In this document: one piece after another, positions 13,253-24,652 of the stretch
How positions within the stretch are numbered: the first letter of the stretch is position 1
Layout of the letters: every line of letters begins with the position of its first letter
Assembly: GCA_964016885.1 (NCBI GenBank)
Contig: CAXHJY010001741.1
Coordinates: 1-64,000, forward strand
Source: Eledone cirrhosa
Lineage: Eukaryota
Reading direction: 5' to 3'
DNA: 64,000 nucleotides
Translations under genes and position numbers: made by a program
Notes under the pieces: generated by a model
Told to the model about the DNA's origin: nothing
The model's database searches: none
What the model saw: the letters and a program-made list of their open reading frames with translations, nothing else

Positions 13253-16200
13253 CTACAGGCGCATGATCAGAGTAGGCCCACTCACGCGGGCCATTCTCGC
13301 CACATTCACCCACCTTTCAGTAAATGTACTGGGGGGCAGCACTTCTCTCTCCACCCTCACCTTCCTTTCCAAGTGAAACTTGAAGAAGTTGATGAGGGAT
13401 TGGCCGAAGAGAAAAGTGTCTGTCTTCAGTCCTTTCAACCTGGTCCACCATGCAACCTCTTTCGCTACTGCCACCAGGCAGAGGAAAATTGCCTGCCCTT
13501 CCTGACCAAAAGAAGGCGGCGGGTCAATCTTCACTATGGACTCGGACGATAGCCGGATCCGTTCTACACGCGACAATAGCTGTTCGACATAACCCCACAA
13601 GTCAGCAATGCACGGACACTGGACGAGTGCGTGCAGAACGGTTTCGTCGCTCTGCGCGCATCTCGGGCAGGTTCGTCTGACAGCACTTCCGTGCCTGTAG
13701 AGTTTATCCCGAACCGGCAGCGCCCCCCGGTAGCACTGCCAAGCGAGGGATTTCTGGAAGTTATCCATCGTCCCCGGCTCGAAAGTCCTCCGGAACATAC
13801 TGGTCAGTTCTACTTCGTTGACGCCCAGAGCCTCTCCTAGTACGTCATCGCACTTGCCCTCCACTAATCCTCTATAGAAATCTTGAGTGGAAGTTCCACT
13901 GACCGCATTGCCCACCTTGCAGAGTGCAGTGAGCGCCTGGCAACATTCCAGATGCCAGTCGCCCAGTCTCGGTCTCTTCTTGACCCAGGACTGCAGCTCA
14001 GTCAAAGAGATGAGCTGCGGAAAGGCCCGTCTAACAAACGGCGACCACACCTGTTCACCGTTTAGGCAAAATATCTGGAGATGTCGCAGCCTCAGCGCAT
14101 GTCTGCGCATCATTAGCCACGGCATGCCCAGCCCTCCACGAAGAGGGTGCTGGCAGCAGATGGACCGCCTCACCAACGGGACCCGTCCCCTCCACAAAAA
14201 TTTGAAAAGGAGCCGTTCCAAATTGGCGAGGCGTGGACGGGGGCAAGGCACGACGGTCAGGCGGTAGTAGATGACGGACGCGATGTACGCGTTCGCCACC
14301 TCCGCCCGCCCTATCAGTGATAGCTTTCTCTCAGCCCATTTCTGGGTGAGGTTGGCTATCCTGCTCGTCACCTCGTCCCAATTCTTATCCACCTGGAGGT
14401 CTGGTCCGAACCAAACCCCGAGCAACTTTACCGGTCCGTCTGTCCAGCGCCCAACGACGCTGTTGGACGGCATGGACTTGCCTCTCCAGGTGCCGAGCTG
14501 CAAGCCCACCGACTTTTCCGGGTTAAGTTTTGCTCCCGTCAACCTTTCATATTCCTCCAAATGGGTGCGGATCACCTCGATTTCCGAGGTGTCCGACACC
14601 ATCACGGTGATGTCGTCCGCATAAGCGGACGCAGCCTTTCTGCGTCCCGGTTCGAGCGGGATGCCCTGCAACAACTCCAGCTTCCGCAGTAGAGGCTCAA
14701 GAGTCAATACGTACAGAAGTGAGGAGAGAGGGCACCCTTGACGGACCGATCGAGAGATCTGAAACGGTTCCGAGAGGTGGCCATTAACTTTGACCACCGA
14801 GCGGATGCCGCTGTACATTGCAGCGATCCAGCTTCTGAAGACGGGGCCGAAGCCAGCCGCCTCGAGGACAGCCTCCAAGTACCGATGGTCGACCCTATCG
14901 AATGCTTTCGATTGATCTAAATTGATCAGAGCCCCACCGAAGCCAGGTTTGCACCCAACCCTCTCTATGATGTATCGCATGAGGTGGAGGTTGTCGTGTA
15001 TGGACCTGGTCGGGATTGCGCAAGTTTGCGCCTCCCCAACCAAATCTTTGACGACAAGCGCCAACCTTTTCGCTAACACCTTGGCCAAAATCTTAAACTC
15101 TGTGTTGAGCAGGGTTATGGGCCTGAAATTATCTAGTGTGTCCCTCTTGTTCTCGTCTTTCCTTATCAGCGTCACTACGCCACGGCTCACAGAACTGGGA
15201 ATGCTCCCGTTCTGCTGCCAGTTGCAGTAGAGCGCTTCGAGGAGATCGGAGAACAAGTCTGGCATATTTACGTAAAGCTCGTAGGGCAGACCATCCAAAC
15301 CGGGTGACTTGCGACTCGAGCAGCCGACAAGGGCGTCCTGAATTTCGGCTGATGTTATCGGCTCTTCGCAGCGCTCAGCGTCGGCCGTCGAGAGGCGTGG
15401 CAAGCCGTCGAGGTAGGGACTGAAGTCCGCCGCCGTCTCCGACTCACCCATCCTCCCGAACAATCGAGCAAAGTGCTGGCGAAAGGCCTCACACATCTGC
15501 TTGGAATCGCTCAGTTCGTGTCCATCTCGATCCGTCAAAGACCGAATTGTGGTTTTATTTCCACGCTGCGTCTCTGCAAAGCGAGCCCATCGGGCAGCTT
15601 TGGTTCCCTCGTTCCTTAGAGCACGCGCCTTAGCTCTGACAATGCAACCTTCGTGTTTCGCATTGAAGAAATGGTCTAGTGCCATTCTCGCCGCTAGCAC
15701 GTCTGTTGCAATGCCACTACAAATAGCCTCGTCTAACTTAGCTATCAGCCCCTCCTCCTTTCTATTTTTCTCTATTGCTACTTCTTTGCTAAATCCTATC
15801 GAGGTTGCTCTAATCTCTCTTTTGAGTGCCCCCCACCACCTGTTGTTGACAACCCCCCCTGTCAACTTTTGCTTAACTAAGTTGTTGACCCGGTCCCTGT
15901 AAGCCTTACGTGCCGGAAACGACATGTTTAGCTTCCAGTAGCTAGGTCCTAACCTACGTGTCTTATCTAGGTCGACCATACAGATCACAAGCTTGTGATC
16001 TGAATAGGCAACCGTTTTAAAATGTGGACATCCTACACTATTTCTATCTCTTTTCCTAATGAAAATCCTATCTATGTACGATCTAGATGACCCTATGCGA
16101 TTGGTCCAGGTCCATACTGGCGCATTAGGGAAATCTAGTCGGTACCTGTCAGACAGTTGAAACTGGCTGATCAGGTACTTGAGGCTTTTGCACCCCCCGC

Positions 16201-16672
16201 TCCTATCAGATACTCCCACACAATCCCAGCGTGCTTCTAAGATGCCATTCCAATCCCCTATTAACAGTAAAGGGCGAGACGTAAGCAGAAAGTTTTCCAG
16301 GCGCCTAAAGAAGTCCGGCCGACCGGCCCCAGTAGGGGCGTAGACGGCCACCAGTCTAAAGGCACCACCTTCGCTATTGCTCACGTCCAGGACCACCAAC
16401 TTTCCGTCAGGATCCCGGAAGATTGACCTTACCTCGAGATCCAGACATTTCCTAAACAGCACAGCCACTCCACCTCCCATTCCCGGCCGACTAACAGATG
16501 CAAAGATCTGATAATCGTCGAAAATCGGCGCCAGTGCGCGTGTGTCGGAAATTCTGGTCTCGCTGATGGCAATTACATCCATTCCTAGTGACCTGAGGTC
16601 GTTGAGCAAGTGACCTTGCTTCCAGGGCGACCCCAGGCCACGAACATTTAAACTTCCTACTCTTATGGCCAT
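13253..16672 (-). CDS. ORF2p: AP endonuclease, reverse transcriptase and C-terminal CCHC (zf-RVT)
   Basis: 1139 aa uninterrupted. APE motifs LNVRGL, SET, VYAP, GDWN, IDRI, SDH; RT motifs FRPITLL, LDQSKAFDRV, QGCPLS, YADD; CPRC..ETVLHALVQC. Confidence 0.97.
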   Translation of the reverse strand: MAIRVGSLNVRGLGSPWKQGHLLNDLRSLGMDVIAISETRISDTRALAPIFDDYQIFASVSRPGMGGGVAVLFRKCLDLEVRSIFRDPDGKLVVLDVSNSEGGAFRLVAVYAPTGAGRPDFFRRLENFLLTSRPLLLIGDWNGILEARWDCVGVSDRSGGCKSLKYLISQFQLSDRYRLDFPNAPVWTWTNRIGSSRSYIDRIFIRKRDRNSVGCPHFKTVAYSDHKLVICMVDLDKTRRLGPSYWKLNMSFPARKAYRDRVNNLVKQKLTGGVVNNRWWGALKREIRATSIGFSKEVAIEKNRKEEGLIAKLDEAICSGIATDVLAARMALDHFFNAKHEGCIVRAKARALRNEGTKAARWARFAETQRGNKTTIRSLTDRDGHELSDSKQMCEAFRQHFARLFGRMGESETAADFSPYLDGLPRLSTADAERCEEPITSAEIQDALVGCSSRKSPGLDGLPYELYVNMPDLFSDLLEALYCNWQQNGSIPSSVSRGVVTLIRKDENKRDTLDNFRPITLLNTEFKILAKVLAKRLALVVKDLVGEAQTCAIPTRSIHDNLHLMRYIIERVGCKPGFGGALINLDQSKAFDRVDHRYLEAVLEAAGFGPVFRSWIAAMYSGIRSVVKVNGHLSEPFQISRSVRQGCPLSSLLYVLTLEPLLRKLELLQGIPLEPGRRKAASAYADDITVMVSDTSEIEVIRTHLEEYERLTGAKLNPEKSVGLQLGTWRGKSMPSNSVVGRWTDGPVKLLGVWFGPDLQVDKNWDEVTSRIANLTQKWAERKLSLIGRAEVANAYIASVIYYRLTVVPCPRPRLANLERLLFKFLWRGRVPLVRRSICCQHPLRGGLGMPWLMMRRHALRLRHLQIFCLNGEQVWSPFVRRAFPQLISLTELQSWVKKRPRLGDWHLECCQALTALCKVGNAVSGTSTQDFYRGLVEGKCDDVLGEALGVNEVELTSMFRRTFEPGTMDNFQKSLAWQCYRGALPVRDKLYRHGSAVRRTCPRCAQSDETVLHALVQCPCIADLWGYVEQLLSRVERIRLSSESIVKIDPPPSFGQEGQAIFLCLVAVAKEVAWWTRLKGLKTDTFLFGQSLINFFKFHLERKVRVEREVLPPSTFTERWVNVARMARVSGPTLIMRL

Positions 16673-16701
16673 GCTGGCAGGATGAATGGGAGAGGAAAGG
16701 T

Positions 16702-18606
16702 TTACTTACCTTCCGGGGTCTTGTGAAGGTCGGGTGGTTCGACCTCCATGGTTTGTGGGGTTTCTTTTGGGAACCCCTTTAATAGTCTTGACGTGGGTTT
16801 TACGTTCGGGGTTCCCACATCCCGAGGAAAGCTCTTTCGAATTTCTTTGTATGAAGCGAGCGACATTCGCATCAGAAGCAAATTATCTGGTACGCGAAAT
16901 GTGCTCGCTTCAAATGTTTCCCCGTCTTTTTCGATGTTTGTGCTTCGTGCTACATGGGCCATCAATTCCTTGTTGGCCCTTCTGGCAAGCACGAAGTTTT
17001 TAATGTTTTGTTGCTCGGGTTTTATTTGTTCGTGTGATTGTGGTGGTGATAGCTTTGTTAGTGTTGTTTCTATTGTGTCTGCGTTTGTTGTGGGTGGGGT
17101 GTCTGTAGTTTCTGATGTTTGTGTGTCTATTTGTTCTTGTGTCTGTTTAGCTTGTTTGCGTTTGGGGGATTGTGGTGGTTGTGTTGGTGATGCTGTGGGG
17201 AAAATGTTTGTGTGGGTGGTGTGTGTATTTTTTTTTGTGGGGGTGTTTGTGCTTTGTGGATTTCTTTTTTTTTTGTGTTTTGTTTTTTGTATTTTGGGGG
17301 ACTTTGGTTTTCCCTCATCTTCACTGCTGGAGGATGAGGGGTCTGTGGCTGTGAGCGTGTTTGTGTCTGAGTGAGTGTTTATGTTCTTGTTCGTGTGTGT
17401 ATTTTGGGGGGGAGGGGGAATGGGAGAGCTTTCCTCGTTTCCCCCCTGGGTGTGCAATTTTGGTGGTTCCATTGTTGACGGTGTTGCTGGTGGTCCTTGT
17501 CCCGGCGTCGCCAGCAGTGGAATCTTTCGACCCCTTGCGCTTTTCGGCAGTTGAGGGCAGAAGGCTCGCAAGTGTGTCGTTTCCCCACAAAGGAAACAAT
17601 GCGGCCTTTTGCCCTCAGTCATTATATGCAACACCCTCCCGTTTTGGAGGCGGATGTGGTCCGGGATTGTTTTTACGTTTTCGGGTCTGATTTGGAGCAG
17701 TATCTCCAGATCAACCCCGGACCAGTCGTCCCTGGCAGTTCTCGTTGCCTCTACCGGGACTGTATCCGTTCCTTCCACGATTACGCAACCCAGGAGCCAC
17801 CACATATCAAGTCCTGGTGGAATCCTGGGAATGCGCACACGTGCTATTCGTTTTCCCATGTGGGAGGGGTACATTATGACCTTGCTGGTTTTGCAAGAGG
17901 TCATTGAATGCTTCACAGCGAGGGCTTCAGACTTGAACAGCACCGAAACGGTGCCGTATTGCCTGCCCCTCTCTATGAAGTCTGTGTCCTCTCTGATGTA
18001 TTTCAGTGCGGCTTCTATGTCAGCTTGGGCGATTATCGCTGCCCTCTTTGTCTCTACTGAGATGCATCTGAAATGCACCGTTCTTTTTTCCACTGCCTCA
18101 ATGGCTTCTGCCGGGACAGTTAAGTTTGCCCAGGTCTGCTCTTGATTTATGATTTTCCAGGCCTGGGCCAACTTTTCCTCTCTGTTGGTTAAGTCGATGC
18201 TGTAGCATGGTCTCCTTTTAGCCGCTGCCACAGCAGCGAAAGTGTTCTTGTTGGTGTTGTCACTGTTGTTGTTCTTGTTGGTGTTGCTGCTGCTATTGCT
18301 GTTGTTGTTCTCCCCTGTGTCGTGGTTACCTTCTGTGCTGTTGGCCTTGTTGGTGCTGCTGCTGTCGCTACTATTACTCTCTGTGCTGTTCGTTTTGTTG
18401 GTGCTCTCGCTATTACCACCTTCTGCGCTGTTCGGCTTGTTGGTGTTGTCGCTGTTACCACCTTCCGCGCCGCTCGGCCCGTTGGTGCTGGCACTGTCGC
18501 TGCTCACATTCGTGCTGGTGGCGCTCCTCGCCTCACCTCTCCTCTCAACGCTCAAGTCGCCGTTGCACGACAGCAGACCCGCCTCTAGGGGGCGTGGCTC
18601 CGCCAT
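16702..18606 (-). CDS. ORF1p: gag-like nucleic-acid-binding protein with CCHC zinc knuckle
   Basis: 634 aa open; CFLCGETTHLRAFC knuckle; Asn/Ser-rich N-terminal repeats and Pro/Thr/Lys-rich tail; ends 29 nt upstream of ORF2. Confidence 0.9.
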   Translation of the reverse strand: MAEPRPLEAGLLSCNGDLSVERRGEARSATSTNVSSDSASTNGPSGAEGGNSDNTNKPNSAEGGNSESTNKTNSTESNSSDSSSTNKANSTEGNHDTGENNNSNSSSNTNKNNNSDNTNKNTFAAVAAAKRRPCYSIDLTNREEKLAQAWKIINQEQTWANLTVPAEAIEAVEKRTVHFRCISVETKRAAIIAQADIEAALKYIREDTDFIERGRQYGTVSVLFKSEALAVKHSMTSCKTSKVIMYPSHMGKRIARVRIPRIPPGLDMWWLLGCVIVEGTDTVPVEATRTARDDWSGVDLEILLQIRPENVKTIPDHIRLQNGRVLHIMTEGKRPHCFLCGETTHLRAFCPQLPKSARGRKIPLLATPGQGPPATPSTMEPPKLHTQGGNEESSPIPPPPQNTHTNKNINTHSDTNTLTATDPSSSSSEDEGKPKSPKIQKTKHKKKRNPQSTNTPTKKNTHTTHTNIFPTASPTQPPQSPKRKQAKQTQEQIDTQTSETTDTPPTTNADTIETTLTKLSPPQSHEQIKPEQQNIKNFVLARRANKELMAHVARSTNIEKDGETFEASTFRVPDNLLLMRMSLASYKEIRKSFPRDVGTPNVKPTSRLLKGFPKETPQTMEVEPPDLHKTPEGK

Positions 18607-18834
18607 GTTTTTTTGAGAAAAAAATTATTATTTTTTTTCAAAATAAAGTTCAAATATTTGGGCCAAAAGGCCCAAATATTATGAGTTATTCCTTCACAGG
18701 ATACAAATTAATGTCTTATAATGCTTCAGCGGTACAAAAAATAAACAATTTTCTACAATTAATCCTCAAAAATTGCTTACTCACGGAGCTTCAAAAAACG
18801 TACATCCACTTTCGTCAATAATAATAATAATAAT

Positions 18835-18908
18835 AATTGTTTTTACCTTTTTGGCACAAGCCCAGCAATTACCCAGTGTATTACTGGTACTTTATTTTAT
18901 CGACCCCA
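18835..18908 (-). mobile_element. SINE-A 3' fragment whose (ATT)n tail abuts the 5' end of the Tx1 element
   Basis: Match to SINE-A 3' end. Confidence 0.75.
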
Positions 18909-18909
18909 T

Positions 18910-19014
<105 letters not shown>

Positions 19015-20990
19015 CGGTTGATGGTTGTCATTTCTCTGTGTAATACTGTGGTGTTAAAGAACTCATCTGGTTTATTTATTTGCATGTGTCTCATTGGAGG
19101 CGTGAAAAAACTTTTGTATTCTTCATTCAACATTTCACTTATTCTTTTGGGGGGCTGCGATCAGGGAGTCACCTTTATAGAAAAATAACCTATCATGTAG
19201 TTTACCGAAGCGGTCAATTTTGCAAATCTATTGAAAGACTTAGGGTTCGTCTTTATGTTTTCTATAGACCTGGATTCTCATTCTGCCCTTTCACGTTGAT
19301 GGGAGGGTTTGAGTTCATCTTCAATTTGAAACAGTGCCTGCTTCAAATGGGATTCCGTCTTGTTGCTTACTTGTATATGTAGCCGGTTTGAGATCTTCAT
19401 TCTCCTTTTCATAATGATTTTCCTGTCTCTGGGAATAATATTTTTTTGTCTCTGGGCCTTTCTTTTCGGGTCAAACTTCAAGCATGTGGCTTTTATCATT
19501 AACATGAATTGCTCAAGTTGTATGCTGACATCTTCCGTAGAGAGAATGACGGTCCAGTTTTACTTCAGGAGTTCTTCCTGAATCCATTTCCATTTCGCTT
19601 TGTAGAAGTTTAAGCTGGATAGAGACCGAGTGGTGCTTCCTGCCAGCTGTATATCTACAGTCTTCCTCAGACTATACATTCCTAGTTCTACTATGTTATA
19701 GTCCGAGAAAATCGTTGGTGTCACTTTCACATTGAGGATGAACTCCGTGTTATTTGTGAAGAAGAGATCTGGGGTATTCTCACCTCCTGTTGGAAGAAGT
19801 ACCATTGGCTCCATGAAGAGTCTGTTTGTAAGGTCCAACAAAGATTCTGTCTGCCTTTGTTCAAGTGCAATTACTCCTGTGAGGGAGTGGCCTTCGGGCC
19901 ATTTGACCTTGGGGAGGTTAAAAATCTCCCAGCAGCAGGATGTTGAGACTCTGATCTAAATTGAGCAGCACTTCTTCAATCCTTCTGAACCTATCTTCAA
20001 AATTGCCCTCATGTCTGGGGCATCTGGGGGTCGATATGTGACACATATTATCATTTTGAGTAGATTTACGTATAAAATTAGCGTATCACACTGAGCTGGA
20101 ATGTGTCAGCAGTAGTAATTATGTGACAACATCCATGGATGTACAAAGCAACTCCACCATGAGTTCTCTTCTTCCTGTCAGTACGAAATACAACATACTT
20201 TGGTATGTGTCTTCCGCATCTGCTATGCTAGATGTCAGGTGAGTTTCAATCAGTGCCTTGCATATTGCTTGATAGCCTATGGCTAGGTCTCTCAGGTAGG
20301 GGATCTAACACATATCGGTCAGTTTTACCAGGCCTCTGACATTGAGTAGTAGCATTTGGGGTGTTAGTGGTGGCCACTGATATGACATTTGTGTGGGAAT
20401 CAGTGGTGGCCACATTGGGTCCTTTATTTGTAGTGGTTGCGAATATTGGTGTGACCTACTTTGACTTTGTATTTGATGATTAGCTGTCTCACAATATTTT
20501 TCGCCATGTTTTAAAAAGACTGTCGTTCTCAAGCTACGGTCTGTACAGCTACCGCGTACTATCTCCTTTTCATCGGGGCAGTACGTGCAGCCTTAGCATA
20601 CTTCTTGGGCAGTGACCATGTTTGCTATGTTGTTTGCCCATGTTGATTTTGGCTGGAGCATTTGGGATGTGCTGATTGAACGCAGCTTGCATATAGTCTG
20701 AGGTGTGCAAAACTGCAGCCTGTCTCAGCTTCCCCCATTCCAGCAGGTCCTTTTCTTGTAGAACTTACAGAGTACTTGAACTCTCTTTCTCCCAGTGTCT
20801 GTTTTTCCTAGTTCTAGTTTTCTTCGCCTTCGCATTTATCCACTAGTCGACTCCTGTCTGTTTATTTACGTTTTTCTTTTTATTGAGGCCTGCCTGGTAG
20901 TTCTGTAGTTTAACATTGCTGCATACCAGTGTGAGTCACGGGCCATCTCACTCTTAGCGGTTTTCAGATTCTTCCGGGCTTCTTTGGGTC
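19015..20990 (-). pseudogene. Decayed CR1-like LINE, 5' half (ORF1 with CCCH finger, AP endonuclease)
   Basis: Fragmented frames: CKFYKKRTC...CSFAH, LLLNVRGL, TYRPPD, LLGDFNLPKVKW, TPDLFFTN, FSDYNIV; stops and frameshifts; no RT domain present. Confidence 0.8.
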
Positions 20991-21035
20991 CTTTGTGGCT
21001 CGTATTTTTCTTATTCTTCTTCTTTCGGCTCCCAT

Positions 21036-21134
<99 letters not shown>

Positions 21135-21142
21135 ATATATAA

Positions 21143-21194
<52 letters not shown>

Positions 21195-21252
21195 TCATGT
21201 GTTTGAGTGTATATGCAATAACTATATGTATAGATATAAAGGAATACGAATG

Positions 21253-21311
<59 letters not shown>

Positions 21312-21435
21312 GAGAAGAAAGAAGAATACTGCGTGGTTTGCACATGGGTTACATATGATAAAAATAGTCCTTCGTCAGTGATTTTCCAACCATCATTGGT
21401 ATTTCATCGCATTAAAAAGATATATATATATATAT

Positions 21436-23172
21436 CAGTGGCGGTGGAAGCACTTCTGAATTGGAGAAGGTAGGGGGCAAATTGGGTAAATATATATCAA
21501 TTATATAACAATTAACAAACTTTCCCCCTCTCTATATCTATTACACGGAACTCTCTTCCAATAACGCTCTCTATATTAATTTACACCCAACTCTCCTCCT
21601 TTCTATATCTACTATACGGGGGGAGGGGCAAAACGATGCCCTCCGACGGCATCGTCGCACGCTGGACGGGGGGACCGGTGAAGCTGCTCGGGGTCTGGTT
21701 CGGACCGGACCTCCAGGTGGAGAAAAACTGGGACGAGGTAACGGGCAAGGTGTTTGCACTTACCCAGAAGTGGGCCGAGTGCAAACTATCCCTAAAAGGT
21801 CGAGCGGAGGTGGCAAACGCTTACATAGCGTCCGTATCTACTACCGCTTGACCGTCGTGCCTTGCCCAGAGAAAACACTCGCCAAAATGGAGCGCTCTTC
21901 CGATTTCTTTGGAAGAAGCGGGCTCCTTTGGTGAGAAGATCCATCTGCTGTCAACACCCTTCGAACGGAGGGCTGGGTATGCCGTGGCTAACGATGCGTA
22001 GACACGCATTAAGGCTACGGCACCTCCAGGTATTCCTCACCGGTCAGCCGGTGAAGGGCCCTGTTTGTTAGGCGAGCCTTTCCGAGACTCGTCTCACTCA
22101 CCGAGCTGCAATCCTGGGTCAAGCAAAGACCGAGAAAAGTGGGCGACTGGCACATTGAATGTGCCCAGGCGCTCACGGCCCTCTGGCAAGCGGATCCGGC
22201 AATCAGTGGAGACTCAACCTCAACATTCTAGAGAGGGTTGGTGCGCAGTAAGTGCGACGACGCTCTCGGAGAGGCTCTGGGCATGGAGGAAGACGAGCTG
22301 GCCAGTCTGTTCGGTAGGACGTTTGGCCCCGGACCGATGGACAACTTCCAAAAGTCCCTGGCTTGGCAATGTTACCGAGGAGCTTTACCCGTACACTTCC
22401 CGGGCGTTGCTGACCTGTGGGGCTATGTAGAACGACTATGTAGAACGACTACTGTCGCGGGTGGGACTAATCCGGTTGACCACCGAGAACATTGTCACAA
22501 TCAAACCGCCTCCCCCTTTCAAAAACGAAGGAGAGGCGGTTTTCCTCTGTGTGATAGCCATGGCGAAAGAAGTTGTATGGTGGACAAGGTTGAAAGGGCT
22601 GAGGTCAGACACCTTTCTCTCCGGCCAACAACTGGTCTTTTTTTTTCAAGTACCACTTTAGAAGAAGGATCAGAATGGAGAGAGAGGTGCTCTACCCCAG
22701 CAAGTTTTATGAAAGATGGGTGAAAGTAGCGAGAATGGCCCGAGTGAATGGGCCTTCTCTCTATATCAACCTGTAGGTGAGAGAGGAGAAGAATGAGAAG
22801 AGGAAGGAAGCACCCGCTCTTTGTGCTCCTGAAGAGGAGGGTTGCACATTTTTTCGGGGGTGTGTGCGACCCATGTCAACGCCCCCCTCCCTATTGAGGA
22901 CATCGATTGTTAAATTCAATTTGTTATATGTTTTTTACACGTCTTTTTAAATGTATGTAAACTCCCCCCTTTGTATTTGTCCCAATCTTTGATACCCTGG
23001 TGGCAAATAAAAAGAAATATATATCTATATCTATCTCTCCCATGTATCTTAACATAATATTTACAGACATTGTAGCGCTTATACAAATAGATGTGTGTTT
23101 TGGTAGTTTGGGGAGAAAAATATAATTATTGGGGGTGGGAACATGGTCCCCATGGCTCCCCCAATTCCACCG
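21436..23172 (+). mobile_element. MITE-like element with TIRs (CAGTGGCGGTGGAA...TTCCACCG) and an internal CTCTCTATATC minisatellite, interrupted by a Tx1 fragment
   Basis: Terminal inverted match; internal repeat and 3' segment shared with 44250-45005. Confidence 0.6.
21620..23018 (+). pseudogene. 5'-truncated, frameshifted copy of the Tx1 family
   Basis: Peptides homologous to the ORF2 C-terminal half (WTGGPVKLLGVWFGPD, MDNFQKSLAWQCYRG); 3' end GTGGCAAATAAAAAGAAAT. Confidence 0.92.
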
Positions 23173-23846
23173 GTAAAGGTAACCATAGTGAGTACAGTGA
23201 ATTTTTTAAAATTTATTTTGAAACTTTTTCTTATTTGCTAAACCTTGATTATATATGTTCTGGCTCGTTAATTTATTAACATGCCATTGAACCACATTGG
23301 CATATGGTTGGACAATACATGTGTCCCTAGACGCTTTTTGCGTGTAGGGATATATACTTTATGATTATTATCTCCTCTTGGTCGAGATAAAATTTGGTCG
23401 TTCTGACTGCTGCTATTTATAGTGGTAGTAGACTAACCTCCCTGCCTCTGCTTCTATCTTTACACACGGCACTGGACAGAATTGCTTCCACATCATTCAT
23501 TCTCATCTCAGGAGCAATTTTGAATAGCGCCAGTTCGTAATTTGAACTCGGGAATTTTATATTCTCCGAGTTAAAAGAACCTTCTGACGAGAGTTTATCT
23601 TTTCAATGGAAGGCCGCAAGGACTTTCCATTTAGTTTTGAGACTCGAAACCGATTCGGTAAAGGTAACCATAGTGAGTACAGTGAATTTTTTAAAATTTA
23701 TTTTGAAACTTTTTCTTATTTGCTAAACCTTGATTATATATGTTCTGGCTCGTTAATTTATTAACCTGCCATTGAACCACATTGGCATATGGTTGGACAA
23801 TACATGTGTCCCTAGACGCTTTTTGCGTGTAGGGATATATACTTTA
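23171..23846 (+). mobile_element. 1.4-mer of a 485-bp non-coding hammerhead-containing unit (retrozyme or mini-PLE candidate)
   Basis: 191-bp direct repeats at 23171-23361 and 23656-23846 (1 mismatch seen); the repeat starts at the hammerhead cleavage site; ends in (TA)n. Confidence 0.8.
23579..23665 (+). ncRNA. Canonical type I hammerhead ribozyme with extended stem II
   Basis: Stem I ACCUU/AAGGU, CUGACGA, stem II GAGUUU/AGACUC extended by AAUGGAAG/CUUUCCAUU and capped CC-GCAA-GG, GAAAC, stem III ACCG(AUU)CGGU, GUA triplet 23658-23660. Confidence 0.9.
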
Positions 23847-23847
23847 T

Positions 23848-23912
<65 letters not shown>

Positions 23913-24113
23913 GGGTGTAAATATATATAGAGAGAGATGAAGCCGTTTCGACGGCTATTTCTGGACAGAAATAGCCGTCGAAACGGCTTGAGCTCTACCG
24001 TCGGGGTTAAACATTTTCCTATTACCCACTCTACTACTCTAAGTATTGAGTACTCTGGTGCGTTATGGTCCATCTGGTTCCTTACCACACCTCCTTCGTT
24101 ATATATATATATG

Positions 24114-24263
24114 TACCTCGCGACAAACGTTCCGAAAAGACCTGATGGCAGCCAGCGTCACTTGGCACGGACGTGAAAAAGCTGCCGCTGGACGTGACCG
24201 TTGGCGACTACTTACTGCTCGATGCGCCGAACGGCGAAGAAGAACCTAAGGCTAAGACTAAGA
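24114..24263 (+). pseudogene. RTE LINE extreme 3' fragment
   Basis: TSRQTFRKDL...AAAGRDRWRLLTARC* followed by a short CTAAG-repeat tail. Confidence 0.7.
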
Positions 24264-24652
24264 TATATGCAAATAGCATTGCTGAGTGTGCGTGTGTATA
24301 TAAGGGGCGGGTTTTGCTTCACATTGAGTGCAGTTACACGTTATTTTGTATATCCCGGTTTGTATCTGTGATCTGATTAGACGTATGTTTAGTGTATAGT
24401 TAGACAACCTATTGCAAGTGAAGTTGTATAATGTGAACTTGTGACAGTAAAGAAGACCAACAATCAGTATCGATCTGTTCCTGTTTTGCATCCTTAATTT
24501 CCATAGTAGCATGTGTCATTTTGTCTGCAGCACGTGGCACAGTGTACACAAGTTCAGATTACATGATTGGTGAGTTTAGCACTACACAAATTTACACAAC
24601 AGGTTATTAAATAACAAATACTTTCTCAACACAAAGTAGCCACATGGTTAAG

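Larger units (their letters stand above)
13001..18816 (-). mobile_element. Full-length L1/Tx1-clade non-LTR retrotransposon
   Basis: ~210-bp 5' UTR, ORF1, ORF2 and 3' UTR with AATAAA about 7 nt from the end; flanked on both sides by (AAT)n (probable TSD at 12986-13000 and 18817-18837). Confidence 0.95.

Noticed and set aside
16674-16709. 36-nt intron fusing Tx1 ORF1 and ORF2
   Set aside because: The spliced product is out of frame (EAWP*) and the intron is very short.
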